A stretch of DNA of 64,000 nucleotides from Mobula birostris (lineage: Eukaryota): assembly GCF_030028105.1 (NCBI RefSeq), contig NC_092371.1:14343884-14407883 (forward strand). Direction: 5' to 3'. Numbering within the stretch: position 1 is the stretch's first letter; each line of letters begins with the position of its first letter. Positions 23,065-36,349 of this stretch are shown here, in pieces. Under the pieces are notes generated by a model. It ran no database searches. It saw only the letters and a list, made by a program, of their open reading frames with translations, and had not been told where the DNA came from. Both the position numbers and the translations under genes were made by a program.

Positions 23065-24560
23065 CCCTTGTAGAATTTAACTGGTGAAATAGCAGCAGGA
23101 GTAGGCCATCTGGTACGTCGATCCTACTCCACCATTCAATAAGATCATGGCTTACCTGGCCATGGACTCATCTCCATCTACCTGCCTTTTCACAATAATA
23201 CTTAACTCTCCTACTACGCAAAATATATCCGACCTTGTCTTAAATATAATTGCTGAGGTAACCTCCATTGCTTCATTGGGTAGAGAATTCCACCGCTCCT
23301 CTACGCCGCCTCCAAACCCAGTATATCCTTCCTCACTAGTACCTTGTACAGGTGCAGCATAACCTCCCTGCTCTTGAATGCAATTCCTCCATCAATGAAG
23401 TCCAACATTCCATTTGCCTTCTTGATCGCCTTCTGCAGCTGCAAACTAACTAAGCTACAATGACTCCCAAGTCCCTTTTTGACGACTGAAAGTTTTTACC
23501 GTTTAAATAATAATCAGCCCTTTCGTTTTCCCTTCCAATGTTGATGACCTCGCAAATACCAAGACTGTACTCCATCTTCCAGACCCATGCCCAGTCACTT
23601 GACATACCTATATTTCTCTGCAGACTCTCCGTATCTTATGCACAATTTGTTTTTCCACTCAATTAGTATAATCAGCAAACTTAGATACATTGCACTCGGT
23701 CCCCTCTTCCAGATTGTTAATGTCTATAGTGAACAGTTGCGGGCCCAGCAGCAACCCCTGCGGCACACTGAACACCGCTGATTGCGAACCACAGAAACAA
23801 ATGTCCCAGCTCTCTGCTTTCTATCAGTTAACCAATCCTTTATCTATGGTAATATTTCACCCCCGACTCGATGCATACTTATCTTATAGATAAGTCTTTT
23901 ATGCGGCACCTTATCGATCGCCTTCTGAAAGACCAAATATTTAGCGTCCACTGTTCTCCTCTATCCACTGTGCTCAGTATATCTTCAAAGAACTCCAGTA
24001 CATTTGTCAAACAGGACCTGCCTTTGCTAAATACATGTTGCGTTTGCCTGATTGATCCATTTATTTCCATTTTGTCTTTGATGATATTTTCAACTATTTT
24101 CCCAACTACAGATGTTAAACTAACTGGCCTATAGTTGACTGTCTTTTGCCTACATCCTTTTCTGAGCAGTGGCGTGACATATGCCGATTTCAATCCGCCG
24201 GGACCTGCCCAGAGTCCAGGTAATTTTGGTAAATTATCATCAAAGCCTCTAATTTAACTGGTACCATTTCTTTCAGTATCCTAGGATGCATTCCATCAGG
24301 ACCAGAGGACTTGTCTATTTTTAGGCCCACAAGTTTTTTCAACATTGCCGTTTTAGTGATTGTTATTGTATTGTGGTCCTCACCTCCCATCGCATCCATA
24401 ACATTTCTTATTGGTATGTCAGCCGTGTCCTCCACCGTGAAGGCAAACACAACATATACCTTCAAAGCCTCTGCCATTTTCTCATTACCCAATATCAACT
24501 TCCCTTTGTCGTCCTCCATAGAAATACATGGAAATACACGTAACTTCAGTGAACGGTTTT
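23065..24560 (-). mobile_element. CR1 LINE fragment (ORF2)
   Basis: ORFs 24190-24636 and 23879-24193 (GPDGMHPRILKE, NYRPVSLTSVVGKIVE). Confidence 0.9.
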
Positions 24561-24689
24561 CTCTTTGTGGGTAGTTGGGTGAGAGGTGTGGGTCGGCTGA
24601 GAAGGCGAAGACTTGGGATGGAAACATTATTAGCAATTCATTCTTTGATCCGTAGAAGTTTGTTTGCTTGTTTTTTTTAGATTATGTGA

Positions 24690-25345
24690 ACTCTCAGTCA
24701 TCGTTTATTGTCATTTAGAAATGCATTCATACATTACGAAATGAGACAATGTTCCTCCAGAGTGATATCACAGAAAAAGGACAAACCAAAGACTAACATT
24801 GACAGAACCGAATAATTATAACATATAGTTACAGCAGTGCAAAACAATATCATAATTTGCTGAAGAGCAGACCATGGGCACGGTAAAAAACAAGTCTCAA
24901 AGTCCCGATCGACTCCCGAGTCCCCGATAGCAGGCGGCAAAAGGGAGAAACTCCCTGCCAGAAACCTCCAGGCACCGACAACTACCGATGCATTGGAAGC
25001 ACACGAAAACAGCCGACACTGAGTCCGTCCATTCGAAAACTTCGAGCCTCCAACCAGCCCCTCCGATGCAGCCTCCCGAGCGCCATCTTCTGTCGAGCGC
25101 CTTGGACATCGCCCCGGCCACCAAAACAAGCAAAGCCGAGGATTCGGGCCCTTCTCCTCCGGAGATTCCGGACCACACAGTAGCAGCGGCAGAGAAGCCG
25201 GCATTTCAGAAGTTTCTCCAGATGTTCCTCCATGCTCTCACGTCTGTCTCCATCAAATCAGAATTGTGCACTGTACCCTACTTGACAGATAACAGATATC
25301 ATACACCGGAGTGGCCGCGTGCGCTGCGTCGCGCCACCATCTTCT
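24690..25345 (-). mobile_element. Short non-autonomous LINE-derived element (GC-rich 5' end plus Rex1-type 3' tail)
   Basis: Begins aagatggtggcgcgacgcagc on the minus strand and ends in an AT-rich tail (aatgacaataaa). No intact ORF. Confidence 0.5.
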
Positions 25346-26419
25346 CCTCCTGCTCCAATAATTAAACCGGGGTTTACCCTCTTCAGACTGAACCTCACCA
25401 AATGGACTGAATTCATTTGCAATTACAATGACACACTGGCTTTCATACACTCAATAGTCATTTTATTATATGTTCCTATTGACGTGTCCACTAAGTGCAT
25501 GTTCGTGGTCTTGAATTTTGAATCACTTCAGGATTCGACGTGTTGTGCGTTCATAAACGTTCTTCTGCACACCACTGTTGTAACGCGTGGCCATTTGAAA
25601 TATTGTCTCCTTCCTATCAGCTTGATCCAGTCTGGCTATTTTCTTCTAATCTCTCTCAGAAACAAGGCGTTGGCGCCCACAAAATTGCCGCACGCTCGAT
25701 GTTTTTATTTCTTTTCCTTTCAAGACTCCGTTTACTCCAGATACCGTTGTTTATGAAAACCCTTGGCGATCAGTAGTTTCGGAAAAATGTTATTAAACGG
25801 GAAAGAGTGCAGAAAAGGTTTACAAGGATGTTCGGACACGTGGTAAGAGTTGCATGGATATGTTAGACAGGCCAGGAGTTCACTCCTTAAAACGTGGGAG
25901 ACTGAAAAGTGATCTTTCGTGGGGATAAAATCACGAAGTGCAAATCTGTTGTGAAAGTCTTTATTCACAGAGTTAAGTTATCAAGAAATGGAGGGCATAG
26001 GTGTCAAGTGATAGAGGAAAAAGGAGAGTAACTTTAGGGATAATTTTTTGAAACAAAGGGTGGTCTCCGTGAATTTCGTTGAGAGGGTTACAACGAAAAC
26101 TTGAAAAGGGCAGTTAAAGGTACGTACATAGGAATTGTTGAGAGGGATATGGTTCAAGCACAGCCAAGTGGGACATACTTGTATGGACCATCTTGATCAG
26201 CATGGACCAGTTGGACTGAAAGACTTGTTTCCGTTCTGTGATTCTGTGACTCTGCTTATTTGATGTCTGTTTATATAGCTCACAGTCATTTTTAATATTG
26301 CCTATGCGAGTTGTTTTAGGCTTGATGACAATTTCTATGTATTCATTCGGAAAATGTGGGCAACGATGCGACGAGACGGTCATGCATTTCCATAGCGCCA
26401 TTCATGTCCTGAATGCTGT

Positions 26420-27080
26420 CCAGTGATTTTTCTTTCCTCATGCGGTTTCTGAGACGTGTCAGTCAATGGCAAGATCGGTGACTGTTAGGAGAAATGTAAA
26501 TGTGAATAGTCAGTTAGTACAGCAGACCCCTGTGACCATTCCCCTTAATAATAAGTATACAGTTTTGGATGCTGTTGTGGGGGATGACCTCCCAGCAGAT
26601 TGCCACGGAGACCGAGTTTAGGCACTGAGCATAGGTCCATGTTTCAGAAGGGAAAGAGGAAGAAGAGTGGATCAGTAGTGATAGGGGACTCAATGGACAG
26701 GGAACAGACAGGAGTTTCAATGGACGTGAACAGGACATCCGAATAGTATGTTGTTTCTGAGGTGCCAGAGTCAGGGATGTCTCGGATCATGTCTACAAAA
26801 TTTTGGAGAGTGAGGGAGAGCAGCCAGACGTCCTGGTACATATTGGTGCCAATCAGATAGGAAGGAAAAGCTTAGCGGTCATGAAAAGAGAATTTAGAGA
26901 GCCAGGCAGAAGACGAGAAGCAGGACCTCCCGGATAGTAATTTCTGGATTACTGCATGTGTTATGCGCTAGTGCGGGGAGAAACAGGATTACTTGGCAAA
27001 TTAATGTGTGGACGAGAAGCTGGTGTATGGGGCATGTCTTCAGGAATATTAGAATCTCTTCTGGGGGAGGTATGACCTGT
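26420..27080 (+). mobile_element. CR1 ORF1 (esterase-like) fragment
   Basis: Decayed VVIGDS / VLVHIG-type motifs, also seen at 50297-50662 and 61500-62110. Confidence 0.65.
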
Positions 27081-28450
27081 TCATAATAATATTGTTTACT
27101 GCCTTAATGACTATCGCCCGGTAGCACTTACATCTACAGTAATGAAATGAAGAAATGTCATGACTAGACTGAACTCCTGCCTCAGCAAGGATCTGGACTA
27201 ATTTCAATTTGCCTTTCGTCACAATAAGTCAACGGCAGGTGCAATCTCAATGGGTCCTCACAAGGCTTTAGACCACCTGGACAACACAGTCACCTATGCT
27301 GTTCACCGACTATAGCTCACCATTTAATACCATTATTCCCACCATCCTGATTGAGAAGTTACAGAACCTGGGCCTCTGTACCTGCCTCTGCAAGTGGATC
27401 CTCGATTTCCTAACCGGAAGACCACAATCTGCGCCGATTGTGATAACATTTCCTCCTCGCTGACTATCAACACAGGTGCACCTCAGGGGTGTGTGCTTAG
27501 CCCACTGCTGTACTCTCTATATACACATGACTGCGTAGCTAGGCATAGCTCAAATATCATCTATAAATTTGCTGACGATACAGCGATTGTTGGTAGAATC
27601 TCAGGTGGTGACGAGAGGGCGGACAGGAGCGAGATATGCCAACTAGTGGAGTGGTGTCGTAGCAACAACCGGGCACTCAACGTCAGTAAGACAAAAGAGC
27701 TGATTGTGGACTTCCAGAAGGGTAATACGAAGGAACACACACCAATGCTCACAAAGGGATCAGAAGTGGAGAGAGTGAAAAGTTTCAAGTTCCAGGGTGG
27801 CAAGATCTCTGAGGATATAACCTGGTCCCAACATATCAATGCAGTTATAAAGAAGGCAAGATAGCGGCTATACTTCATTCGGAGTTTGAAGAGATTTGAA
27901 ATTTCAACAAATACACTCAAAAACCTCTATAGGTGTACCGTGGAGGGCATTCTGACAGGCTACATCACTGTCGGGTATGGAAGGGGTGCAACTGCACAGG
28001 ACCGAAAAAAGCTGCAAAGGGTTGTAAATTAGGTCGGCTCCATCTAGGGTACTAGCCAACGAAGTAACCAGAACATCTTCGAGGAGGCAGCGTGTATTAT
28101 TAAGGACCTCCAGCACGCAGGGCATGTCCTTTTCTCACTGTTACAATCGGATAGGAGGTACGTAAGCCTGAAGGCAAACACTCAGCAATACAGGAACTGC
28201 TTGTTCCCCTCTGCCGTCCGATTCTTAAATGGAAATTGATTCCTTGGGCACTGCCTCAATTTTTAATATATATTATTTGTGGATTTTGGACGATTTTAAT
28301 CTATTTCATATACGTATAGTATAATTTATTTACTTGTTTATCATTTATTATTATTTTATTTTGTTATTTTTCTTCGATATTATGTATTGCATTGAAGTGC
28401 TGCTGCTAAGTTATCAAATATCACATCACATTCAGTTGATAATAAACCGG
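27080..28450 (+). mobile_element. Rex1/Babar LINE 3' half
   Basis: ORF 27394-27864 INTGAPQGCVLSPLLYSLYTHDC...KFADDT. Confidence 0.9.
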
Positions 28451-28454
28451 ATTC

Positions 28455-29340
28455 TGATTGAAAAGTGATGGGTTGCCCGTGAACAAAAGGGGGACCAATA
28501 TTCTCGCCAGCAGGTTTGTTAGAATTAGGAATCGGAATGAAGGGACCCAGGATTGGATGGATGGTGAAAAAGCAAAGATAGCGTGCAGTCAGTGTGCAGG
28601 AAGGGCAGGTAGATGATAGGACGAATTACAGACAGCACAGTGAGCATCAGTGCATCAGGGATGCAGAATCAAAATGGGTAACAAACACACCACTCAATGT
28701 GTTATATCTCAATGCACGGAGTATAAGAAGTAAGGTAAATAATCGTGCTGCAATGTAACAGATCGTCAGGTATGGAAATTTCAGAATCGTGGCTGAAGGA
28801 TGGTTGTAGCCGGGAGAAGGATGCCCAAGGTTACACGTTGTATCGGAGGGATAGGAAGGTAGGCACAGGGGGTGGCATGGCTGCACTGGTAAAACTGGCA
28901 TCAAGCAGTAGAAAGATGTGATGGGAAGATATTAAATCCTTGTGGGCTGAGTTAAGAAACTGCCAGGGTTAAAGGACCCTGATGGCAGTTATATACAGGT
29001 CTCCCAACAGCAGCTGGGATGTGGACCGTAGATTACAAAAGGAATTAGAAAACGCGTATCAAACAGGCAAACTTTTGATAGTCATGGGAGATTTCAACAT
29101 GCAGGTCGATTGGCAAAATCAGGTTGGAAATGGATCTCAGGAGAGTGAGATTGTTGAATGCCTCCGAGATGACTTTTCAGAGCAGTTTGTCGTTGAACGT
29201 ACCAGGGGATTGGAGATGAACTGGAGATGATTAGGGAGCGAAAAGGAAAAGAGCCCTTAGGAGTCAGTTATAACAATATGATTGAGTTCAACTTGAAATT
29301 TAATAGAAAGAAAGTAAAGTCTGACGTAGCAGCATTTCAG
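28455..29340 (+). mobile_element. CR1 fragment (AP endonuclease region)
   Basis: VIYRSPNS...IVMGDFN (28982-29230). Confidence 0.85.
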
Positions 29341-29429
29341 TGGAGTACAGGAAATTTAATGAATGAGCTTTTATTGAACTGCAGTTCAGTGAAGGTGGGC
29401 TTCTCCTATTAATTTCTCCTCGTTGGATG

Positions 29430-29890
29430 AACCCATATCCCACTATTTAATGAAACCATATTGTATAGTCCCTGGTGGATGGGTCTTCTACTGCAGGGCT
29501 GGGCTGACTGGATAGTTCAACCAACGGAGGTTGAGTAGACAGGCCAAAATAGGTGACAGTGCAGAATGAGTGTAGTGAAAAGTGAGCAGCCCGAAAGAAT
29601 ATAATGAGAGAACCCGGCAATGTCAGAGGGCTTCCGAGAGAGCCTCCGACTACCGTCACACCACGGCCATTTGGAAATAAGAAGAGCGATGTCTTCATTT
29701 AGGAAAGGCCGGGTAACTCTATATTTTCTTGTCCCACGAGTGGATGTGTTGGTTGCTTGGCACCCATTTGTCTCGAACGACAAGGGATAATGACAATCAT
29801 CATCACAAGCCTTGGCGGTGGGTATGCAGATCCTGAGATCCCAGTCGTCAATATCACCCTCGGGCCTTTCCAAAGGAAAAGCTTATGAAA
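29430..29890 (-). mobile_element. Highly decayed REL-endonuclease non-LTR fragment (HERO-like)
   Basis: Weak similarity in layout to 37230-37815. Confidence 0.35.
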
Positions 29891-30320
29891 CAATACTTTT
29901 GGCACCAGTTTGACTCCAGGAGCTGCCGAGTATGTTCAACGACGTCCAGCCAGCTTAGGGGCTCCGCTCTGGATTTGCTAACTGTGTTTATTCCCTTAGC
30001 CTTCGTCTCTCCCAAGGCTGCCCAGAAGGCCGTTGGGCTATTTTCCCATAGGTGGGGAGTCGAGGAGTATACAGTATTCATGAAGGTGTTTGTTGTCTTA
30101 CTCACAGAGAGGGTATCGGATGATATGGAGAGCGCGCAAGGAAGGAGGATTGCCCCGGGGATCTTATTATTGGGATACAGAGTCGAGGGAGCGAATTATG
30201 TACTCCTGCTCTTCCATACCTTTTTACCAGTGAGATCGAATCGGGAGTAGGGACGTGGGTGTCGGTGTTGAGCTATGGGAGTTTGGGTTTGAGAGCTGCA
30301 AAGAAAGTAGTTAATGTCCT
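29890..30320 (-). mobile_element. Decayed L1/Tx1-like ORF2 fragment
   Basis: NSPTAFWAALG...GINTVSK resembles the L1-clade LWEALKAxxRG motif. Confidence 0.45.
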
Positions 30321-30866
30321 CGGACGTTAACCTTCCCAATCAAACCCACCCCGACCATCAGACACTGGTCAATCCATTTAATCCAACCCAGATGGTGGTT
30401 CATAAGGTTTAACAGCCAGGTGTCAGCTTGTGTCTGCAGGAGGGGCTGAGGCAGCTGTGGACCTCGTCATTTCTTAGTTGGGAGAAGGGGTGCCGAAACA
30501 CCCTTTATATAGCTACAGTCACGCAAGTTGCTGCTGAGATTTGCATTCTTCGTGAAGCAGTGCAGGTGGTGCGGTCATTATGTCCCGGGGAGGAACTGCC
30601 GTGAATGGGTGGTGGTGGGGTAGGGAGGAGGGGTGACCGGTGACCATTTTGAAGTGCACTGTAGTCTTCTTTCATTGAGGAAGTACAATTGCTGGAAGAC
30701 GCTGAATCTCACCACCGGATCCTGAATCTTCCTTACTGTATTTATTTACTTATAGTTTGGTGACTTTTATTCAACCACTGCAAAACCGCTACTGATCTGT
30801 GACTCTTCACCGACGCTTCTTGAGCCAAAGTCAGTAATCTTCGCTCTCTCCGCTGGTAAACTAAAC

Positions 30867-30950
30867 TATTGTAGCCCTAACAAGACGGGACTAAGAGTCG
30901 CTTTTATTCCGCGAAGCGACTCTTAGTCCCGTCTTGTTAGGGCTACAATA
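30867..30950. repeat. Perfect inverted repeat, 37-bp arms and 10-nt loop
   Basis: tattgtagccctaacaagacgggactaagagtcgctt-ttattccgcg-aagcgactcttagtcccgtcttgttagggctacaata. Confidence 0.97.
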
Positions 30951-31139
30951 ACTTCGCCACTATTCTAATTACCGTTTCGCTTATTTTTAACTTTGAAAAA
31001 TATGCTAAACGCCTCTATTACCGCTAGGGCTGGCATTCCGCTTATACAAAGGCGAAAACAACCGGTCGCCAAAACAAGGGATCGGCGGGAAAATTTCAAA
31101 ACAAGTTACATAAGCAGCCGCGTCCAAAATTTAAAATAG

Positions 31140-33700
31140 ATCAAAAGAATGCTGCAGGCCAAATCAACCAAACCTGTTTCTCACACTCACACTCACTCAC
31201 TCTCCACTGCCCCAAAGAGCGCGCAAAGTCGGTCCGAAGTCTGCTACCCCAGCACCAGCAGGAGGAACAGGAGCTCAGTGTGCAGAGGTTCCGTTGTCTT
31301 AGACGTGACAGAGCGGGAAAAATTAAAGGACGAGGTGTGGTGTTGCTACTCAGGGAAAATACCACGGCAGTGCTCATTCAGGACAGAATGGAGAGCTCGT
31401 CGAATGAGACTTAATGGGTAGAACCGAGGAATAAGAAAGGTGTACTCACTTTAATGGGTTTATATTATAGACTACCCAACAGTCTACGGGGTTTGGAAGA
31501 GAAAAATTGCAGAGCGATCGCAGACTGCTGTCAGAAACATAAGGTTGTGATAGTAGATTATTTTAACTTTCATAGAGTAAAATGGCTGCATGGAGAAGAA
31601 TTGCCCAAATGTGTTCAGGAAACTTTCCTTAATTAGTACATTGAAGTCCCAGAGACAGACAGAATGAGGTGCTAGGTCTCCTGCTTGGGGATGTGAGAGA
31701 AATTTGTACAGGATTACACTTTGTATCCATTGATCATAATGTCATTAGTTTCAAGGTAATTATGGACAAGAACAGGTCTGGTGCTCAGTTATTGACTCTA
31801 AATTGGAGAACGGTCAATTTTAATGGAATACGAAATGATCTGACAAGTGTAGAGAGGGACAGGTTGTTTTCTGACTGAGATGTTCTCGGTAAATGGGAGG
31901 CGATCAAAAGTGAGATTTTGAGTGTGAAGAAATTGCATGCTCTTGTCAGAATAAAAGGCAAGCATGAAAAGTTTGGGATCTTTGAGAGATATTGAGGCCA
32001 TGGCTATGAAAAGGAATGAGGTGAAAGAAGTTTTAGGCAGCTCTGAACAAATGCGGTACAGTACTTGAGGACTATATGAAATGCAAGAGAACACTCAAGA
32101 AGGAAATCAAGAGGGCTCAAAGAAGGCATGATGTTGGTCTAGCAGAAAAGCTGAAGGAAAATTCCAAGGGCTTCTACAGATATATTAAGAGTGAAAACAT
32201 AGCAAGGGACAACATCGGTCCTCTGGGAGATCAGAGTGGTAACCTATTTGTGGAGCCGAAAGAGATGTGGGAGATCTGAAACGGATTTTTTTTGCATCTA
32301 TATTTACTTGGGAGATGGACACAGAGTCTATAGAATAGAGGCAAATCCACAGCGATGTCATGGCCTGTATGCAGATTGCAAAGGATATAATGTTTGCTGT
32401 CTTGAGCAAATTAGGGTGGATAAATCCCAGGGGCTTGCAGTCATTTCCTCCGACTCTCTGGGAGGCTATTGCAGAAATTGCAGGACCCTTACGTAAATCA
32501 TCCTTAGCCACAGATGTGGTGCCAGAGGTCGGAACAACTACAGTTGTTATGTTGTTTAAGAAGATGTTCTGGGCCGGTGAGTCTGACACCCGTAGTGGGA
32601 AATTTATTGGAAGGCACTTCTAAGGAACCGAATATATAGCGCAAAGGACCAATTATGATAGTCAGCACGGCTTTGCGCGCGGTACGTCATGTGTAACCAA
32701 TCTTATAGGGCTTCTCCTGGAAGTTTCCAGGAAAATTTATGAAGGGAATGCAGTGTCTGCTGTCTACATGAACCTCAGCAAACGTTGGACAAGATCCCTC
32801 CTGGGAGGTTGTTGAAAAAGTTTCAGTCATCTGGCATTAAATATGAAGCAGGAAATGGTTTCCTGTCTAATTAGAGACCCATGACGATTTGTGTGTCGCA
32901 AGGATTGATGCTTGGTTCGTTGTTGTACATCAACGAACTGGATAATAATGTTGTAAACCGGATCAGCACATTTGCCGATGACTGGGGGTATACTGGACAG
33001 TTGGGAACTCTATCAAAAGCTTGCATCAGGGTCTGGAACAGCGGGGAATATAGGCTGAAGAATGGAAGAAGGAATTTAGTGCAGAGGTGTGTGATGTGTT
33101 GCAATTTGGAAGAGCCATCCAGCTGTTACATGTTGAGGGGTAGGGCATTGAGGAGTTCAGTAGAGCAAAAAACTGGGAATGCCGATGGAAGTTGCGTCAC
33201 AGGCCGATCGGGCACTTGTCACACAGGCCTTGATAAATCAATGTATTGATTAGAGGATTTGAGGTGCGGTGTTGAAATTATAAAAGATGTTGGTGAGGCC
33301 TAAGTTGGAGCATTGTGTGCAGTGTTGGTGACTTGCCTACACGAAGGATGTTAAGCAGATTAAAGGAATGCAGGGAAAATTTACAAGGATATTTCCGGGA
33401 TTTGAGGACCTGAGCTATAGGGAATAATTGAATAGATTGGTCTTTATTGTGTGGAAGGTAGAAGACTGAGGGGTGATTTGATAAAGGTATAAAAGTTAAG
33501 AGGGCTAAATGCAAACGGAGGTTGGCTGAGACTATAAATTGAGGCCATTGGTAAAGAGTGAAACATGGAAAAGTTAGGGGGAACATGAGGAGAAACTTCT
33601 TCACTCAGAGGGCAATGAGAGCGCGGAGCGAGATGCCAGCTGAAGTTGTGGATGCGAGTTCGATTTCAGCATTTAAGAATTTGGAGAGGTCCGTGGATGG
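31140..33700 (+). mobile_element. Old CR1 LINE, fragmented
   Basis: Successive decayed endonuclease and RT segments (GLYYRLPNS, QGLMLGSLLYIN..DN..STFADD). Confidence 0.85.
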
Positions 33701-36349
33701 GTGAGTTGTGGTTGGGGGCGATGCTCCAGATGCAGGTAAATAAATCCACGAACCTCAACAGAATCAATGAAAGACCGCACCCAATACAATGGAAATACAC
33801 CCTGGGAGCAGAAGACGACAAACTGTGTAAAAACAAAATAAAAGTAAAGAAATAATAATAAATAAATAAATAACCAATACATAGAGAACATGAGCAAAGA
33901 GAGCATGGTCTGGGTGTTTGGTGTGATGGACTTGACGGTATCTGCTACTTTCTGTAGGATTCTGTTCAAGGGCATTGGTGCGTTTCCATGCCAGGCCTTG
34001 AGGCAAACAGTCAATACACCCTCCACTGCACATCTATGGACGCTTGTGCAAGTTTTAGGTGTCATGCCAATACTTCATAAGCTTCTAAGGAAGTAGAGAT
34101 GGTGCCATGCTCTCGTTGTAACTGCAACAAACCTTCTCACGTCCACAAATTCTCCTGTCTGCTCTCCTGACTATAGAGTCCCCAATGACGACAGCTCTCC
34201 TCTTCTCTGTCCCACTCTTCTGCACCACAGTGTCAGACTCAGTGCTGGACGCCATACCACCGTGGCTCACCCCTGGTCGGTGATCCCCGCCAACGTTAGG
34301 CAGGAAGGTATACTTAATATTCAGAGAAATGGCTACAAGGGTGCTCTGCACTACCTGTCTACTCACCTTGGCTTCCCCCCTCTGACCTATCTCATTAACA
34401 AGGTGTTTTCGTCCACAGACCTGTCGTTCATTGGCTTTTTGTTGCACCATTCTCTATACACATCAGAGAATTCTGTGCCAGAAAAATCCAGGAGATACGC
34501 AGTTTCCGAGATACCCAAACCACCCCGTCAGGCACGAAAATTATGTCAGGTTTAATGCCACGAAGATCCTCATTTTGATGTTTGGTCTCAACAATAAACG
34601 AACCTCTTTACCATGTCTGAATTGTTATATGGATTGAGTTGCTGCTACAGGACTTGTTGATTAGATATTTGCATTAACGATCAGCAATACCGAATGAAGT
34701 GTGCACTGAGTATATACATTAGTTGTGGGTATGATATACTGACATCCAGAGCATTACGACGTTTGTGGGTTGCTTTGGACTGTGCTGGTTGTTAACCGAA
34801 ACATCGTATTTCACTGTGTGTGCCGACATATATGTGACAAATAAGACGAATCACATCCTTGCTTTTGTTCTTGGAATGACACAATATATTATGAAAGCGA
34901 GGCTAAAGAGTTCATTCCCATAGACACAATTAAATCCCAAAATTGCGTTTAGTTAAAAGAAGCTGTGGTATTGCTCTCAGTATCGATCTTCACACTCCGC
35001 ACACCCCGGAGCAATATTCCTTTGTGAAACTCAGGACTGATTTGCATGATAGGAATCACGTCACTAGCGAAAGGCACCGTATAAAATACTGCCAGGTTCT
35101 TGTTGCGTTCCTTCGCACCATCTTTCGGGGAAGGAGGGCGCAACAACACCTCCGTGAGTGTATTTTTAGTGGCAGCTTCTCCTGTTTTATGTTCACAGTG
35201 GAAAGATTGTAAAGCAGTTAAATGCATGGAAGAATTAAAACACACCAGATTGACACATTTCTTAGATGTCCAGTGCTAAATTTATTTTCCGAATCTGTTC
35301 TGCTTCTGCAGATTTATTTCTCATAACTACAAATTAAACTGCAATGCTAATATCTTTTTCTTCCTCTTAAGTCGATTACCCCTGCTGGAGTACAGAACGC
35401 TGACAGAGCCTTCATCTCCCATGGATAGGGTCTTTGGACCTTCTCCGGCATGTCCGTAGCTTTGCGGTTTACGGATTAGAGTTGCGAGCCCCATGCTCAA
35501 CCCTGCTCCTTTCGCAGCCCGGCTTGGGTCCAACCATGACAGAGTTACAACGACAGTATTCAGTCTAAAAATATCGCAAGTCATACTGGGCATAAACATT
35601 AAAAATGCCAGTGGAATGTTGATTTTCTCCAAGTAAGATCTGCCGTGTGGAAGCAGTGGAAAGCAGCCATACACGGGATGTAATCGACAAACCAGGTTCA
35701 ATGGCGAAGATACGTGATATTTCATTTCCTGTAGCCCCGATCACCACTTCTGCACTGGAAGCAAATTCATAGTAAGGAAGAACATGATACGGCGTTCTCG
35801 ACATTGACGTGTATGAAACAGAGTAATAATGGCAGAAGGACATTGCGGAATCTGAAAAAGAAAAAAAAAATCCTGTTCCTTCTCCAAGAGCAGTCGTGGG
35901 ATTGATGTCCAATATATTTGGAGACATAAGGGGAATATTGTATGCAGGGCTTCCAGCGTTAAGCGCGGCATCAGTCATCCACTCCGCAAATGTCCTTTCG
36001 GAATTCCCGTCGGATAGTTGATATCCCATGAATTACCATTTTTTTTGCTGATATTTACCAATTCAGAATGGTGTTCAGTCGACAGTCGTAACTTTCAGAA
36101 TTCGCATGGAAAAGTCAACGGTGTTCCTCAGTCAATGCCGTGCATAGAAGCGAGACTATTCATTCCATAGACCCAGTGATGTAGCAGCAGAAGGAAGCCG
36201 CTCGACTTTACAGGTCTCACAAGTGAAGAGCAGAAGTGAGGTCAAAACTTCCAGCAGCTTCCCCATTTTCTCCTTATTCCCTTTGATGGCGGCACACCTG
36301 GTTCCCATCAAGACCTGCAGCTTAAAAACCCCGGCTTTGCATCCACTAG

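Noticed and set aside
25319-25756. 145-aa ORF
   Set aside because: Begins inside a TE end, has no recognisable motif, and its length is within chance expectation.
31084-31100. E2F-like GGCGGGAAA next to CHR-like TTTCAAA
   Set aside because: No associated gene or exon, and it abuts a CR1 5' fragment.
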